Shown here piece by piece: positions 10,231 to 19,745 of a stretch of 64,000 nt of DNA. The stretch's first letter is position 1, and every line of letters begins with the position of its first letter. Position numbers and translations under genes: made by a program. The notes under the pieces are model-generated. The model did no database searches. It had not been told where the DNA came from and saw only the letters and a program-made list of their open reading frames with translations. Source of the DNA: Candidatus Woesebacteria bacterium (GTDB lineage Bacteria; Patescibacteriota; Microgenomatia; UBA1400; UBA12108); the NCBI GenBank assembly GCA_018060845.1, contig JAGOVG010000001.1:15222-79221 (forward strand), read 5' to 3'.

Positions 10231-10497
10231 TTAATAAACCTGGTTGTGAGTGCCTACATCATAAAAAATTAAGATCCCGTCCTTTTCACCATATACGACT
10301 CTGTAATCTCCTGTAATACTAAATGCTCTCTTGCCAATTTTTGTGCCTGTTAACGCGTGATCTCGAATCAGAGGATCTTTAGGATTAGTTTGGAAAAGCT
10401 TGAGACGCTCGGCAAATTTTTTGGATAGACTAGAGCTTGGCAAGATTCTTTTCTTGAAGGATTTCTCAAAATATTTAGAAAATTTAATTTTCTTCAT
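10231..10497 (-). CDS. Type II toxin of the RelE/ParE superfamily, YafQ-like mRNA interferase
   Basis: C-terminus RDHALTGTKIGKRAFSITGDYRVVYGEKDGILIFYDVGTHNQVY matches the YafQ/RelE core (H.L.G....R..H.....L.Y......L...GTH). Confidence 0.78.
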   Translation of the reverse strand: MKKIKFSKYFEKSFKKRILPSSSLSKKFAERLKLFQTNPKDPLIRDHALTGTKIGKRAFSITGDYRVVYGEKDGILIFYDVGTHNQVY

Positions 10498-10840
10498 ACC
10501 CCAATTGCTTCATAAGATCGTCCACACCGGTTGCTGATTTAAAATTTTTACCTTTGGCTAAATCCTGATCCATCTTGTTATAACGATTAATTGCATCTTT
10601 GGAGAGTTTAACGGTGGATGGCTCAGAGTAGACATCGACACGTAGCGTGCCAGAGGAGAAGCGATGCATAATGACCCTCATCGCCTCTTGCAGACTAGAG
10701 AATCCCTGACTTAGCGCCATTTGGTGGGCGCTATCTCTTAGATCTGTGCTTACCGGTATTTGAACAACTGTTCTACTCATATGCATACAATTGTAATGTT
10801 TTGGTATGCGGTTGTCAATATATCGAGAGTTATCCTGCAC
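10484..10840 (-). CDS. RelB/DinJ-type antitoxin (ribbon-helix-helix), partner of the YafQ-like toxin
   Basis: Its stop overlaps the toxin start by 14 nt. RHH-like segment SRTVVQIPVSTDLRDSAHQMALSQGFSSLQEAMRVIMHRF. The true start is probably the internal MHMSRT at about 10786. Confidence 0.62.
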   Translation of the reverse strand: MQDNSRYIDNRIPKHYNCMHMSRTVVQIPVSTDLRDSAHQMALSQGFSSLQEAMRVIMHRFSSGTLRVDVYSEPSTVKLSKDAINRYNKMDQDLAKGKNFKSATGVDDLMKQLGYEEN

Positions 10841-10949
10841 AGCCGCGAATAACGCAAAGATATCCTAACCTTGGAGGTTACTATTCAACTATCATCGATA
10901 TTAGATTCAATACCTGAACTCAACTCAAATTATAAATAACTAACGCAGA

Positions 10950-11309
10950 TTAATTTTTCCTTGGCAAAAGTGGAGAATTTTTCTTTAATCTTGTTGGAAT
11001 TTTGTTAACCATAGGAGCAATTATATGAAAAACCTCAATTTGACCTTGATCTAACCCATGTTTAATAGTAGAAAGAGCATCATTTAGCCCTGAAAGATAT
11101 TCTCTCGCTGCTACTAATGTGATACTCGATAAAGCGTAAATCGTTTCTTTTGGAAGTTCTTGCAGGAGCATTACTGCAACTGTTGCCCTGTGTTGCATAG
11201 AGATTTCGTGAGGATTAAGGCCTAATGTAAGTGATACTTCTTTTTCAAAGAGAGCACTCCCCAACACTTCCTCTTCGCTAGCGTGAACTTCTCCACCGAT
11301 AATTTTCAT
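10950..11309 (-). CDS. Hypothetical protein, possibly the detached DHHA1-like C-terminal part of the upstream DHH-like gene
   Basis: Starts 8 nt after the stop of the DHH-like ORF. An N-terminal GGEVHAS stretch weakly recalls the DHHA1 GGGH motif. Weak call. Confidence 0.35.
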   Translation of the reverse strand: MKIIGGEVHASEEEVLGSALFEKEVSLTLGLNPHEISMQHRATVAVMLLQELPKETIYALSSITLVAAREYLSGLNDALSTIKHGLDQGQIEVFHIIAPMVNKIPTRLKKNSPLLPRKN

Positions 11310-11317
11310 ACTCGTCT

Positions 11318-12214
11318 TTAGTTATTGTTTTGTTTACTCTTATAGATCTTTGGCTTGAGCCAATCAGCCTGTGGTTCAGCAACTGGCTGCCCCACTTCGC
11401 TTACAGCTTCGGTTGGGGTCTTCGCTTCGCTTCGAGTGTCAATATCTATAATGGGCATGTCAGCGACAATCTTGGCCTGCTGAGGAACGATGGTCTTAAC
11501 CTGGCGACGAGCGCCGGTTCGATAGAGAACGGCCAAGGCTTCGAAAGTATCTGCCGTCATGTTGGGACTACCAAGATTATCAGTACCTGCTTCGATGCCG
11601 ATCATGAGGTTGTTGGCGATATCGACGTCCATGGGGAGAGCTAGCTCTTTGAGGAGTGCTGTAACTAACTCGCTATTACTACTAGATGGGTCTGCGATAT
11701 TGATGGCACCAAAGCTACTAACCTGGTTGCTAACGTTGGCGATAGTTGATTTGCTAAAGAGCTCGATTTCTTTTTCGGCTAGACTACCCACATCTTTCAA
11801 ATCAGCTGCACCAATCACGATTATGAGATCAGCAACAGCGCCAGAATAGCCAAAGACAATATCTTTTTCGGTGACTGGCTCGGCACCTTCTCTCGGATTA
11901 ATGATGAGGTTAAGATGGCCTCCTTCGGTATTACTGGTAACTTTGTCGACCCTATCTTCGGGAACATTTAAGGTTATTACTAGGTTGTTACCACCGAGGT
12001 CTGTACTCACTTTATCAAGCCCTACTAGGTGTGAGTCGCGGACGGTTACAGGGTTACTGGCAACAACGGCGACTTTTTTGCCACTAGTTTTGAGTGAGAG
12101 GTAAAAAGCGAGAGCAGCGGCGATACTATCTTGATTGGGGTTAGCCGCAAAAGTAATGAGAACTGAGTTAACCTCTTGGATTTTGGCTTTGAGAGCGTTT
12201 AGTTGATCTTGCAT
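11318..12214 (-). CDS. DHH-superfamily-like protein (NrnA-like fold) with a degenerate catalytic motif
   Basis: Layout resembles NrnA/DHH phosphoesterases, but the motif reads ITFAANPNQDSIAAALA instead of HxxPDGDA and no DHH triad is seen. It may be an inactive paralog. Confidence 0.5.
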   Translation of the reverse strand: MQDQLNALKAKIQEVNSVLITFAANPNQDSIAAALAFYLSLKTSGKKVAVVASNPVTVRDSHLVGLDKVSTDLGGNNLVITLNVPEDRVDKVTSNTEGGHLNLIINPREGAEPVTEKDIVFGYSGAVADLIIVIGAADLKDVGSLAEKEIELFSKSTIANVSNQVSSFGAINIADPSSSNSELVTALLKELALPMDVDIANNLMIGIEAGTDNLGSPNMTADTFEALAVLYRTGARRQVKTIVPQQAKIVADMPIIDIDTRSEAKTPTEAVSEVGQPVAEPQADWLKPKIYKSKQNNN

Positions 12215-12232
12215 AATTATAAGAAATAGAGA

Positions 12233-13660
12233 CTAATCTTCAGTCTTAATTTTCTTATAGGCTATTATAACGTCCTTTTCTCGGATGTCAAGATTGGGGG
12301 AGAAGAGGATGCCACACTCTTTGCCTGCTTCGATTTCTTTGAGTTCGGTCTTGCCAGTTCGGATATTTTTGATCCTGGCTTCTTTATTTACATCAGTGCC
12401 CCTTTTAATGTGGACAGTATCACCCACACTGATTTTGCCTGAGTCTACGCGGGTCCCACCAATGTGGTCTCCATTAATATCAAATACCTTGATTATTACC
12501 CCTGATCCTAGCTGATCTTCGTCGATTGTGGGCTCCATGAGGCGGAGGATCTTTTTCTCGATATATTCTAGGAGTTCGTAGATGATTTTGTAAGATTTGA
12601 TCACTACCCCCTCAAGCTCGGCGAGTTTGGCGACGCTAGTGGGGATGCGGACTGCAAAAGCGAGGATGAGTGAGCCGGTGGTGCGAGCTAGTAGTATATC
12701 GCTCTCAGACACGTCACCAGTACCTGCCTCGATTACGTGGATCTCGTCGGTAAAACTACCTCGGAGGGCCTCGAGTGAGCCGAGTGAGTCGGCGCGGACA
12801 ATAAGCTTTAGTCTATTGACTGGCATAACCGCAGCATCGGCTGCTCCTGCAGCCTGAGCAGCCTCTGGATCAGCTACTACAGCTTGAGAAGTTATAATCT
12901 CGCCAACTTTTGGAGCCGTGTTAAAACCTAAGAGCTGAACTGGGGTACCAGGTGTAGCGACCGGGATCTGAACACCCGCATAGCTGATGATCGAGCGGAT
13001 TTTGGTAGCAACCTCACCCACATAGACGGTATCGCTAGTTTTTAGAGTGCCCTCTTTGACGATTGCGGAGACTAGGACCCCCCTCTTCATATCTAGTTTG
13101 GACTCGATAATTGGGGCAACTAAGGGTGATTTTTCGTCATTTTTGAGCTCCTCGAGTTCGGAGAGGAGGAGGATGGTCTCGAGCAGCTGATCTACACCGG
13201 CTCCGGTCTTACCTGAGATTAGAACAAAAGGAGTATTACCACCGTAGCCCTCGACAAAGACTTGATGCTCAGTGAGCTGAGCCTTTGGTAATTCTGGGTT
13301 GGCCTGGGGTTTGTCGGTTTTGTTGATTGCAACTACAAATGGGATGCCGGCTGCTTGGATGTATTTAATACTCTCGGCTGTCTGCGGCATGACCCCGTCG
13401 TCGGCGGCGACCACCAACACTGCAATATCTGCAACATTTGCACCCCGAGAGCGCATCTTGGCAAAAGCGGCGTGGCCGGGAGTGTCGATAAAGGTTAGGA
13501 GATTGTCTTTAAAACTAGCCTGGTAGGCACCAATGCTCTGGGTAATACCCCCTGCTTCTTTGGCGGCTACGTGACTGCTCCTGATGTAGTCGAGTAGTGT
13601 GGTTTTGCCATGATCAACGTGGCCGAGGATTGCTACGATTGGAGGGCGTGTATTAGTCAT
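12233..13660 (-). CDS. infB: Translation initiation factor IF-2, minimal form (G domain to C2 only)
   Basis: Starts straight at the G domain ([14 protein letters not shown]; DTPGH; NKTD). It is 475 aa with no N-terminal domains. Confidence 0.9.
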   Translation of the reverse strand: MTNTRPPIVAILGHVDHGKTTLLDYIRSSHVAAKEAGGITQSIGAYQASFKDNLLTFIDTPGHAAFAKMRSRGANVADIAVLVVAADDGVMPQTAESIKYIQAAGIPFVVAINKTDKPQANPELPKAQLTEHQVFVEGYGGNTPFVLISGKTGAGVDQLLETILLLSELEELKNDEKSPLVAPIIESKLDMKRGVLVSAIVKEGTLKTSDTVYVGEVATKIRSIISYAGVQIPVATPGTPVQLLGFNTAPKVGEIITSQAVVADPEAAQAAGAADAAVMPVNRLKLIVRADSLGSLEALRGSFTDEIHVIEAGTGDVSESDILLARTTGSLILAFAVRIPTSVAKLAELEGVVIKSYKIIYELLEYIEKKILRLMEPTIDEDQLGSGVIIKVFDINGDHIGGTRVDSGKISVGDTVHIKRGTDVNKEARIKNIRTGKTELKEIEAGKECGILFSPNLDIREKDVIIAYKKIKTED

Positions 13661-13666
13661 AATTGA

Positions 13667-13695
13667 GGGGCGGACACAGGGGTCCGCCCTTACAT
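13667..13695. repeat. GC-rich palindromic element, copy 1 (GGGGCGGAC-acagg-GGTCCGCCC), between nusA and infB
   Basis: Perfect 9-bp stem. A near-identical 27 nt recur at 41585-41611 inside the pcrA coding sequence. Confidence 0.6.
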
Positions 13696-13704
13696 GAGTT
13701 GTTA

Positions 13705-14940
13705 TTATCTATTTTCGGCGTCGCGTTCGGCGGCAAAACGTGCGGCTTTTTCGGCTTCTTCACGAGCCATGTCGGCTTTTTTGTAGAAGCGAGCGATAGC
13801 TTTGCCAGTTTCGACGTAGGCGCGTGGGTCTAGCTCTTCGATGGTTGCTTTGAGTGACTCTAGCTTTTCCTCGAGTTCTTTGACTGTTGTAATCTTGAGA
13901 TCTAGCAAGGTGTTTCTGACTTTGCTGCCTAGCCCTAGTCTATCGATCTCAAACTCTTCTTCGCCAGTTACTGAGTGCACACCACTATCTGTTACACCCT
14001 TGATGTCGACTTTGAAACCAAGGAGCTTGGCGGCAAGGCGAGCATTTTGGCCACCGCGGCCGATTGCGAGACTGAGCTGATCGTCGGGGACGGTCACTGT
14101 GACTTTGCGTTTGCTCTCGTCAATATTTACTTCGAAGCCTTCGGCTGGAGCTAGGGCGGCTTTGACGTATTCGACTAGGTTGGTGCTGTACTCGACGATG
14201 TCGATCTTTTCACCATTTAGTTCGTTGATAACAGCCTGGACACGGATACCTTTTTGGCCGACGCATGAACCGACTGGGTCGATACCATCTTCGGTGCTTT
14301 TGACACTGATTTTGGTGCGGTGTCCGGCTTCGCGGGCAATTGCGACGATCTCCACACTACCGGCACCTACCTCTGGAACTTCGCGGGCAAAGAGTTCTTT
14401 GACGAGCTCTGGAGCTGCGCGACTAACAATGATGGTTTTGCCTTTGTAGGTGTCTCTGATTTCTTTGATGTAGACGGCGACGCGTTGGTTGAGGCGGTAG
14501 AACTCGTTAGGAATAGCCTCGGCCTGTGGCATCATAGCCTGGCCACGACCTATATCGATCACCACATTAGGACCATCAAAGCGCAGGATCATGCCTGTGA
14601 CTAAGGTACCTAGTTTGTCGCTATAGTCGGCGATGATTGCGTCTTTCTCGGCTTCTCTGACTCTTTGCATGATGACCTGTTTGGCGACCTGGGCGGCAAT
14701 ACGACCAAAACCAGCGGGGGTAGCGTCCTTGCCATCTTTGGTGACGGCTATTGCACCAGTTTCTTCGTTGACAGTGACCACGTATCCGACTAGTTCCTCT
14801 TCTTCGGCGATGTTTAGATCACGTTTGAGAGCTGCGAGGATAGCGGTCTTGATAGCGTCGATTACCATCTTGGGGTCGATGCCACGCTCGGAACAGATCT
14901 GGTTAAGGGCGAGCATAAATTCTGATTTAACTTGAGTCAT
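13705..14940 (-). CDS. nusA: Transcription termination/antitermination factor NusA
   Basis: N-terminal domain, S1, and two KH domains (GxxG: IGRGGQNARLAAKLLG). Conserved nusA-infB order. Confidence 0.93.
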   Translation of the reverse strand: MTQVKSEFMLALNQICSERGIDPKMVIDAIKTAILAALKRDLNIAEEEELVGYVVTVNEETGAIAVTKDGKDATPAGFGRIAAQVAKQVIMQRVREAEKDAIIADYSDKLGTLVTGMILRFDGPNVVIDIGRGQAMMPQAEAIPNEFYRLNQRVAVYIKEIRDTYKGKTIIVSRAAPELVKELFAREVPEVGAGSVEIVAIAREAGHRTKISVKSTEDGIDPVGSCVGQKGIRVQAVINELNGEKIDIVEYSTNLVEYVKAALAPAEGFEVNIDESKRKVTVTVPDDQLSLAIGRGGQNARLAAKLLGFKVDIKGVTDSGVHSVTGEEEFEIDRLGLGSKVRNTLLDLKITTVKELEEKLESLKATIEELDPRAYVETGKAIARFYKKADMAREEAEKAARFAAERDAENR

Positions 14941-15035
14941 ATAAATTACCTCCGTAATTAAGTCGTAAGTACCTAGTACTTAGTACTTAGATTATTGATG
15001 CTAATTAATAAATTGAGAGTCGAGTGGGTATATAC

Positions 15036-15062
15036 ATAAAAAGGTGGGAGACCCACCTTCAA
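15036..15062 (-). terminator. Rho-independent terminator downstream of the 15115-15378 gene
   Basis: Hairpin GGTGGG-tctc-CCACC followed by TTTTTAT on the minus strand. Confidence 0.5.
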
Positions 15063-15114
15063 CGTAATAAACACTAAACCTTAGAGAGTATTGTAGCACA
15101 GTGGCAGTCGAAAA

Positions 15115-15378
15115 CTAAAAAAGGTTTCTGATGCTCTCGACAAAATCGAGCCAAGATTCTTTTAACATCATCAGTAGGCCCTGGTTAGCAGGACTAGTTG
15201 GTGTAGCTTCTGTCACTTCGGCTATTGTTAAGCTCTCGGTGGTTAACCTGACGTGACTCTCTGTCACAAACTCGGCTCGGTCAGGACGCCTCTTAGTGGT
15301 GTCGTCTGCTGCACTCACTACTACAGGTGATGTAGTGAGAGTGATGACAGTGAGTAAGATTAAGAATCTATATTTCAT
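15115..15378 (-). CDS. Small secreted hypothetical protein
   Basis: N-terminal signal peptide (MKYRFLILLTVITLTTSPVVVSA). Confidence 0.45.
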   Translation of the reverse strand: MKYRFLILLTVITLTTSPVVVSAADDTTKRRPDRAEFVTESHVRLTTESLTIAEVTEATPTSPANQGLLMMLKESWLDFVESIRNLF

Positions 15379-15381
15379 AGT

Positions 15382-16245
15382 TTAAAAAAGGAACCGCTCA
15401 AGGAAGCGCTTAACGGGATTGGTCTCCCCTGATTTTGTCTCGACTTCGCCGGTCTCGGCTGAGACCTCACTATCTCGTTTAAATTTGATAGCAAAGCCCA
15501 AGATTCTTCTTTCCGCTTCTTGACTGACTTTATAAACGGCTTGACCATCTTCGTTCTCGGTTAACTCTGGTGTTTCATCCTCGACTAGTATCCCCTTTTC
15601 TTGGAGTTTGGCGACAGCCTGGTCAGGTAGTACTGTCAAGACACGACTACTCCCATCAGGTTTGGTGACGATCAACTCGTTGTCTTCGTTAACACTTAAG
15701 TCAAAATCTGTTCTAGCTTTGACTTTTTCTTTGATGAGCTCGAGTTTTTGCTCACGATTTTCGACCCGATCCTCTTTTCTTTCTTCGCGATTTTCTTGAC
15801 GCTCTTCTATTCGATCCATAACCATGGGCTTGATCTCGGTGCGCTCACCTCGCTCGTTCTCAACGTGTAGTGACTCGCCCTCTTTGAGTTCGACTTCTTT
15901 GTTGATCACTCTACCCGTTTTATCTTTGATCTCTTGCTTGAGTTTAAACTTGCCGTCTTCTGAGCGAACTTCTAGTCGAGATTTTGTCTCGTTTTTGTCA
16001 TTCATTTTTTTGCGAGCTTCTACCTCGCGCTCCAACGTTTTCTTGGCCTGCTCTCGTTTTTGCTCTTCTCTTTTATTGTCTGACTCATCTTCAACTGCGA
16101 CTGTAGAATCATCTTCGCCAAGGACAGAGCCATCAATAGATACTAAGGTGCCGGAGCGGTCATAGAGGTAATCAGCTCGTGCGGGGAGTGCTAGGATTGA
16201 AAACATAACTAGACTTAGAACTGTAATGATGGCTGTTTTTTGCAT
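15382..16245 (-). CDS. Secreted, highly charged (E/K/R-rich) hypothetical protein
   Basis: Signal peptide with an ARA cleavage-like site. Long low-complexity charged region (EERQENREERKEDRVENREQK). Confidence 0.5.
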   Translation of the reverse strand: MQKTAIITVLSLVMFSILALPARADYLYDRSGTLVSIDGSVLGEDDSTVAVEDESDNKREEQKREQAKKTLEREVEARKKMNDKNETKSRLEVRSEDGKFKLKQEIKDKTGRVINKEVELKEGESLHVENERGERTEIKPMVMDRIEERQENREERKEDRVENREQKLELIKEKVKARTDFDLSVNEDNELIVTKPDGSSRVLTVLPDQAVAKLQEKGILVEDETPELTENEDGQAVYKVSQEAERRILGFAIKFKRDSEVSAETGEVETKSGETNPVKRFLERFLF

Positions 16246-16254
16246 AATGTCTCC

Positions 16255-17373
16255 TTAATATAAGTTAAAGGTACTAGATTGTTCGTTTTTGTTGCCGCGC
16301 GCGTCAGTCATGCGAACGGCATAAGAGTGAGCACTACCAGAGTTTCCTTTGAAGCAATAGTCCGCTTTTGGTTGAGTAACCCAGTCACCACTATCGATTT
16401 TGTGCTCGATTTTGAGATCTTTTACTTCGGTTACATTGTCGTTGGGATAGTTGAGCAAGAAACAGGTACCATTCTCGTTCCAGTTGTAGGGACCGGAAAG
16501 GGTAAAGTTGGGAGCGATGTTATCGGCAAGATTCTTATAATCTAGCCGTGCTGTATTGTTGGCGTAAGTTGATTCGCCAAGTGCTTTGGCGTTGTTAATA
16601 GTTAACTCTATTTTGTGAGTGCCGATACCAATACTTACATCGCGACAAACATCATAGGTCTTACCTGCTTCTATCTTTGAATACTGCGAGAGCGTACCCT
16701 CTGCTACGACTTTGTCGTCTTCTCTTAAGGTATAACCTAGCTTGCTACCCTCTGTATCCTGATTACTGACGACATGGAAACAGGTGGTTATTTTGGCCGC
16801 CCAGCCTGATTTGAGTTCGTCAAACTCGCCTATCTGGGTACTACTAAATTCTCTATTGATCACACGTCCTGCGCCAGTATTATCATCATAAGTTTGTTTG
16901 ATGTGGGCACTCGGGTTACCAAAACGGACGTCGAGAGTAGCGCTAGATGTTACAGGAGTAGGAGTTGGGGAAGATGTGGTAGATGCTTTTGGGGTGTCTG
17001 TAGCAATGGTCGTGGGTTTACTACTAGCTTTGCTGCTTGGTTTGGCGCTAGTTTTGGGGCTCGCGCTCGCAGTTGCTGTCGCACTAGGCTCCACAGTGGG
17101 ACTAGCCATTACAGAAGGGCTCGGAGAGGGAGTAACACTCGCGACTTCTTTTTTTAGTTTAGAAAAATAGTAGAGGCCAGCAAAAAAAGAGGAGACTATG
17201 ACTACTACTACAACTCCGAGGAGCATGGGGATGATGGGCGAACTACTCTTTGGTTTGCCGAGAGGGAGAACTGGCGTAGTCTCTGGCTGGGTAACTAGAG
17301 GAGGAGGTGTGACAGGAGACTGTTCGGCTGCAACGTCGGGAGTGTCATTTTGATAAGTGTCCATGGACACCAC
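16255..17373 (-). CDS. Membrane-anchored protein with a Ser/Thr/Pro-rich linker and an extracellular domain
   Basis: TM helix at about aa 48-70, then a roughly 90-aa STP-rich linker (SPSPSVMASPTVEPSATATASASPKTSAKPSSK...), then a globular domain. Confidence 0.5.
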   Translation of the reverse strand: MVSMDTYQNDTPDVAAEQSPVTPPPLVTQPETTPVLPLGKPKSSSPIIPMLLGVVVVVIVSSFFAGLYYFSKLKKEVASVTPSPSPSVMASPTVEPSATATASASPKTSAKPSSKASSKPTTIATDTPKASTTSSPTPTPVTSSATLDVRFGNPSAHIKQTYDDNTGAGRVINREFSSTQIGEFDELKSGWAAKITTCFHVVSNQDTEGSKLGYTLREDDKVVAEGTLSQYSKIEAGKTYDVCRDVSIGIGTHKIELTINNAKALGESTYANNTARLDYKNLADNIAPNFTLSGPYNWNENGTCFLLNYPNDNVTEVKDLKIEHKIDSGDWVTQPKADYCFKGNSGSAHSYAVRMTDARGNKNEQSSTFNLY

Positions 17374-18245
17374 TATAGAACAGTTGCGAGTTGTTGTACA
17401 AGGTCCCTGGCTTTACGATTTAATTTGTCTGGCAACATAACCTTGAGTTTGATATAAAAATCCCCCCTACCACTGCTGCGGAGATGTTTAATACCTTTGC
17501 CGGTCAACCTCATGGTAGTGCTAGGCTGGGTACCTGGACGGATCTTGATATCGAGATCACCCTCGAGAGTCGGGATAGTAGTCTCGCCACCAAGGAGCGC
17601 GAGTGTGAGTGGGATCTCATGGAACAGGTAGATGTCGCTACCCTCACGGCGGAACTTGACGTGATCGCGGACACTAATACTTACATCAAATTCGTTGTAT
17701 CTGATACGAGTCCCGTCGTCTGCGCCTGCGGGGATTTTGACAGTATAGGTCTTCCCCTCATGAACAAAACTTTTCTCAACACCATTTACTGCATCCATAA
17801 ACTCGATTGCGAGACTGTAGTGTGGTTTGGGTCTGTACTGATTGCCAAAAGGGTTCTGGCCGCCAAAGAAACTCTCAAAAATATTAAAGGGATCCTGAAA
17901 ACCACCCTGACCCTGTTGACCAAAGAGGTCTTCAAAACCACCTCCAGAGCTGTAGGTATAGGTAAAGGGACCTGAGCGATAGGACTGTCCCCCGCCTCCA
18001 CCACCAAAGCCAGCCGATGGGTCAAAGGCAGCGTGGCCAAACTGATCGTATTTGGTGCGCTTTTCTTTGTTACTTAGGACCTCGTAGGCTTCGTTGATCT
18101 CTTTAAACTTGGCCTCAGCACCTTTGTCTTTGTTGCGATCTGGGTGCCACTGGAGAGCGAGCTTGCGATAAGCGCTCTTGAGCTCGGTCTCACTAGAAGT
18201 CTTGTTTACCCCTAAGATGTCGTAGTAGTCGCGTTTGGTAGCCAT
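17373..18245 (-). CDS. J-domain co-chaperone (DnaJ/CbpA-like, no zinc-finger domain)
   Basis: J-domain DYYDILGV...HPDRN, G/F-rich region, C-terminal DnaJ_C. No CxxCxGxG repeats. Start probably MATKRDYY at about 18245 (the ORF extends to 18281). Confidence 0.85.
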   Translation of the reverse strand: MATKRDYYDILGVNKTSSETELKSAYRKLALQWHPDRNKDKGAEAKFKEINEAYEVLSNKEKRTKYDQFGHAAFDPSAGFGGGGGGQSYRSGPFTYTYSSGGGFEDLFGQQGQGGFQDPFNIFESFFGGQNPFGNQYRPKPHYSLAIEFMDAVNGVEKSFVHEGKTYTVKIPAGADDGTRIRYNEFDVSISVRDHVKFRREGSDIYLFHEIPLTLALLGGETTIPTLEGDLDIKIRPGTQPSTTMRLTGKGIKHLRSSGRGDFYIKLKVMLPDKLNRKARDLVQQLATVL

Positions 18246-18290
18246 ATAGGAGATTATAATGAGATCTGTAGCAGATGACAAGGGAGAGTG

Positions 18291-18599
18291 CTAAGCACTT
18301 TCTAATTCAGCTAAAGTTATGGTCAAAGCTTGGCTAGCTACTTCGTTTAGGAACGCTAAATGGTCTGGACGAGTAGAGAATTCCCACACGTTACCTAGCG
18401 ACATCGCACTGGTAATATTACTAACCAGTCTACCACGTGGGTCACCTTCAGCAGCTTGAGCATGTGCGAGTACCCCATGAAGTAAGAAATTTAGTTCTTT
18501 GAATTTACCAAGAATAATTGCTTGACGATAAACATCAAACCCACTCAAACCTAGTGTGCCTCTGAGTGCATTCTTTTCCTGTTCAGTAAGTATACCCAC
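18291..18599 (-). CDS. Hypothetical protein
   Basis: ORF only, no motif recognised. Confidence 0.3.
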   Translation of the reverse strand: MGILTEQEKNALRGTLGLSGFDVYRQAIILGKFKELNFLLHGVLAHAQAAEGDPRGRLVSNITSAMSLGNVWEFSTRPDHLAFLNEVASQALTITLAELESA

Positions 18600-18672
18600 C
18601 TTACGTGCTAATTAAAGCGGAAACTGGATTAAAAAACTATGTGTCATGAAGATGTATGAAATATCCAAAGAG

Positions 18673-18921
18673 CTATGCGATTGAAGCTAACTGTATCACT
18701 GCCTGAGTAGCACAATTTGGACAAGTGCGAACACCTGTGACCGCATCAACCAACAGCTCAAGGAAGTGCTCGCCACATCTAACTACTCCTGTCTCTGTAT
18801 TTAGAGTTACTGACCCTTTATCAACATGTAAGTCATATCCCTCATAGTTAACCCAGTTAGAAGGATCAGCCGTGAACGTTTTTTCTTTTTTGTCTGCACC
18901 CATGTTTATATTGTATTTCAT
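18673..18921 (-). CDS. Hypothetical small Cys-containing protein
   Basis: CGEHF...CPNC suggests a zinc-ribbon-like fold. ORF only. Confidence 0.3.
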   Translation of the reverse strand: MKYNINMGADKKEKTFTADPSNWVNYEGYDLHVDKGSVTLNTETGVVRCGEHFLELLVDAVTGVRTCPNCATQAVIQLASIA

Positions 18922-19116
18922 CAGTCAATAGTCGTTTCTTGAAACTACAGTTACTGGAATGTGAAAAGTGCAAATATGAATAATAAATTAACTGCAGGTG
19001 AACTATTTGAGTAAGTGGAACTTGCGATTGTGGAAGTAGCTGTAGCTGCTAACTTTAATATTTAATGCGTCATACGTACAGTCGTGTGACACATAGCCTA
19101 AATCAGGAGAAAAAGG

Positions 19117-19692
19117 CTAGCTTCCTGAGTATTGGCAGGTGAAAATTCTTCTTGTAGCGACAATAGAGCTATACCAGTCGTTATCAACTTCTCTTGGTGC
19201 AGGAGTCCATGATTGAGAGTTTACGAGGTCCCACTTTCTTCCGTATTTACCAGAGAATGCGTGTCTTGTGCCTGGCTCGTCCGCAAATACCGTTAACATG
19301 AATAGAGCTCCGTGAACAAGCGAAGGAGAGATATGTTCCAGAAAAGCCTCTAAACTGCTAATAGCTATTAGGTAGTCTTTGGATATTATTGCATGTACGG
19401 GAGTTTTAATCTCTGCATCAAAAATGCTTTTTCTAACTAAGTTCATGTTTGATTTTGCGGGAGTAAGCTCTGTAAGTGAAAATGGAGAAGCGTCGACTGC
19501 AGTAAAAACAAAATTTCCTAATTCATCTACTTTTTTCAAAAGAGAACCTGTACCTGCTCCTACCTCCAAGACATGAGGCACTTCGTTCCGAAACCGCGCC
19601 AATGTGCGTTTTGCGAATGTCTCTACATGAGGCACAAAAGTGGGTAAGATAGCACCCCTATATTGATAAGCAAGGTCATTATATTTTGTCAT
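19117..19692 (-). CDS. Class I SAM-dependent methyltransferase
   Basis: Motif I VLEVGAGTGSL and a post-I acidic residue (TAVDAS). Confidence 0.72.
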   Translation of the reverse strand: MTKYNDLAYQYRGAILPTFVPHVETFAKRTLARFRNEVPHVLEVGAGTGSLLKKVDELGNFVFTAVDASPFSLTELTPAKSNMNLVRKSIFDAEIKTPVHAIISKDYLIAISSLEAFLEHISPSLVHGALFMLTVFADEPGTRHAFSGKYGRKWDLVNSQSWTPAPREVDNDWYSSIVATRRIFTCQYSGS

Positions 19693-19745
19693 CCAGTTAT
19701 TATAGGGTATATATTTTGAAGTTCAAGAACAGCTAGCGGTATCTT

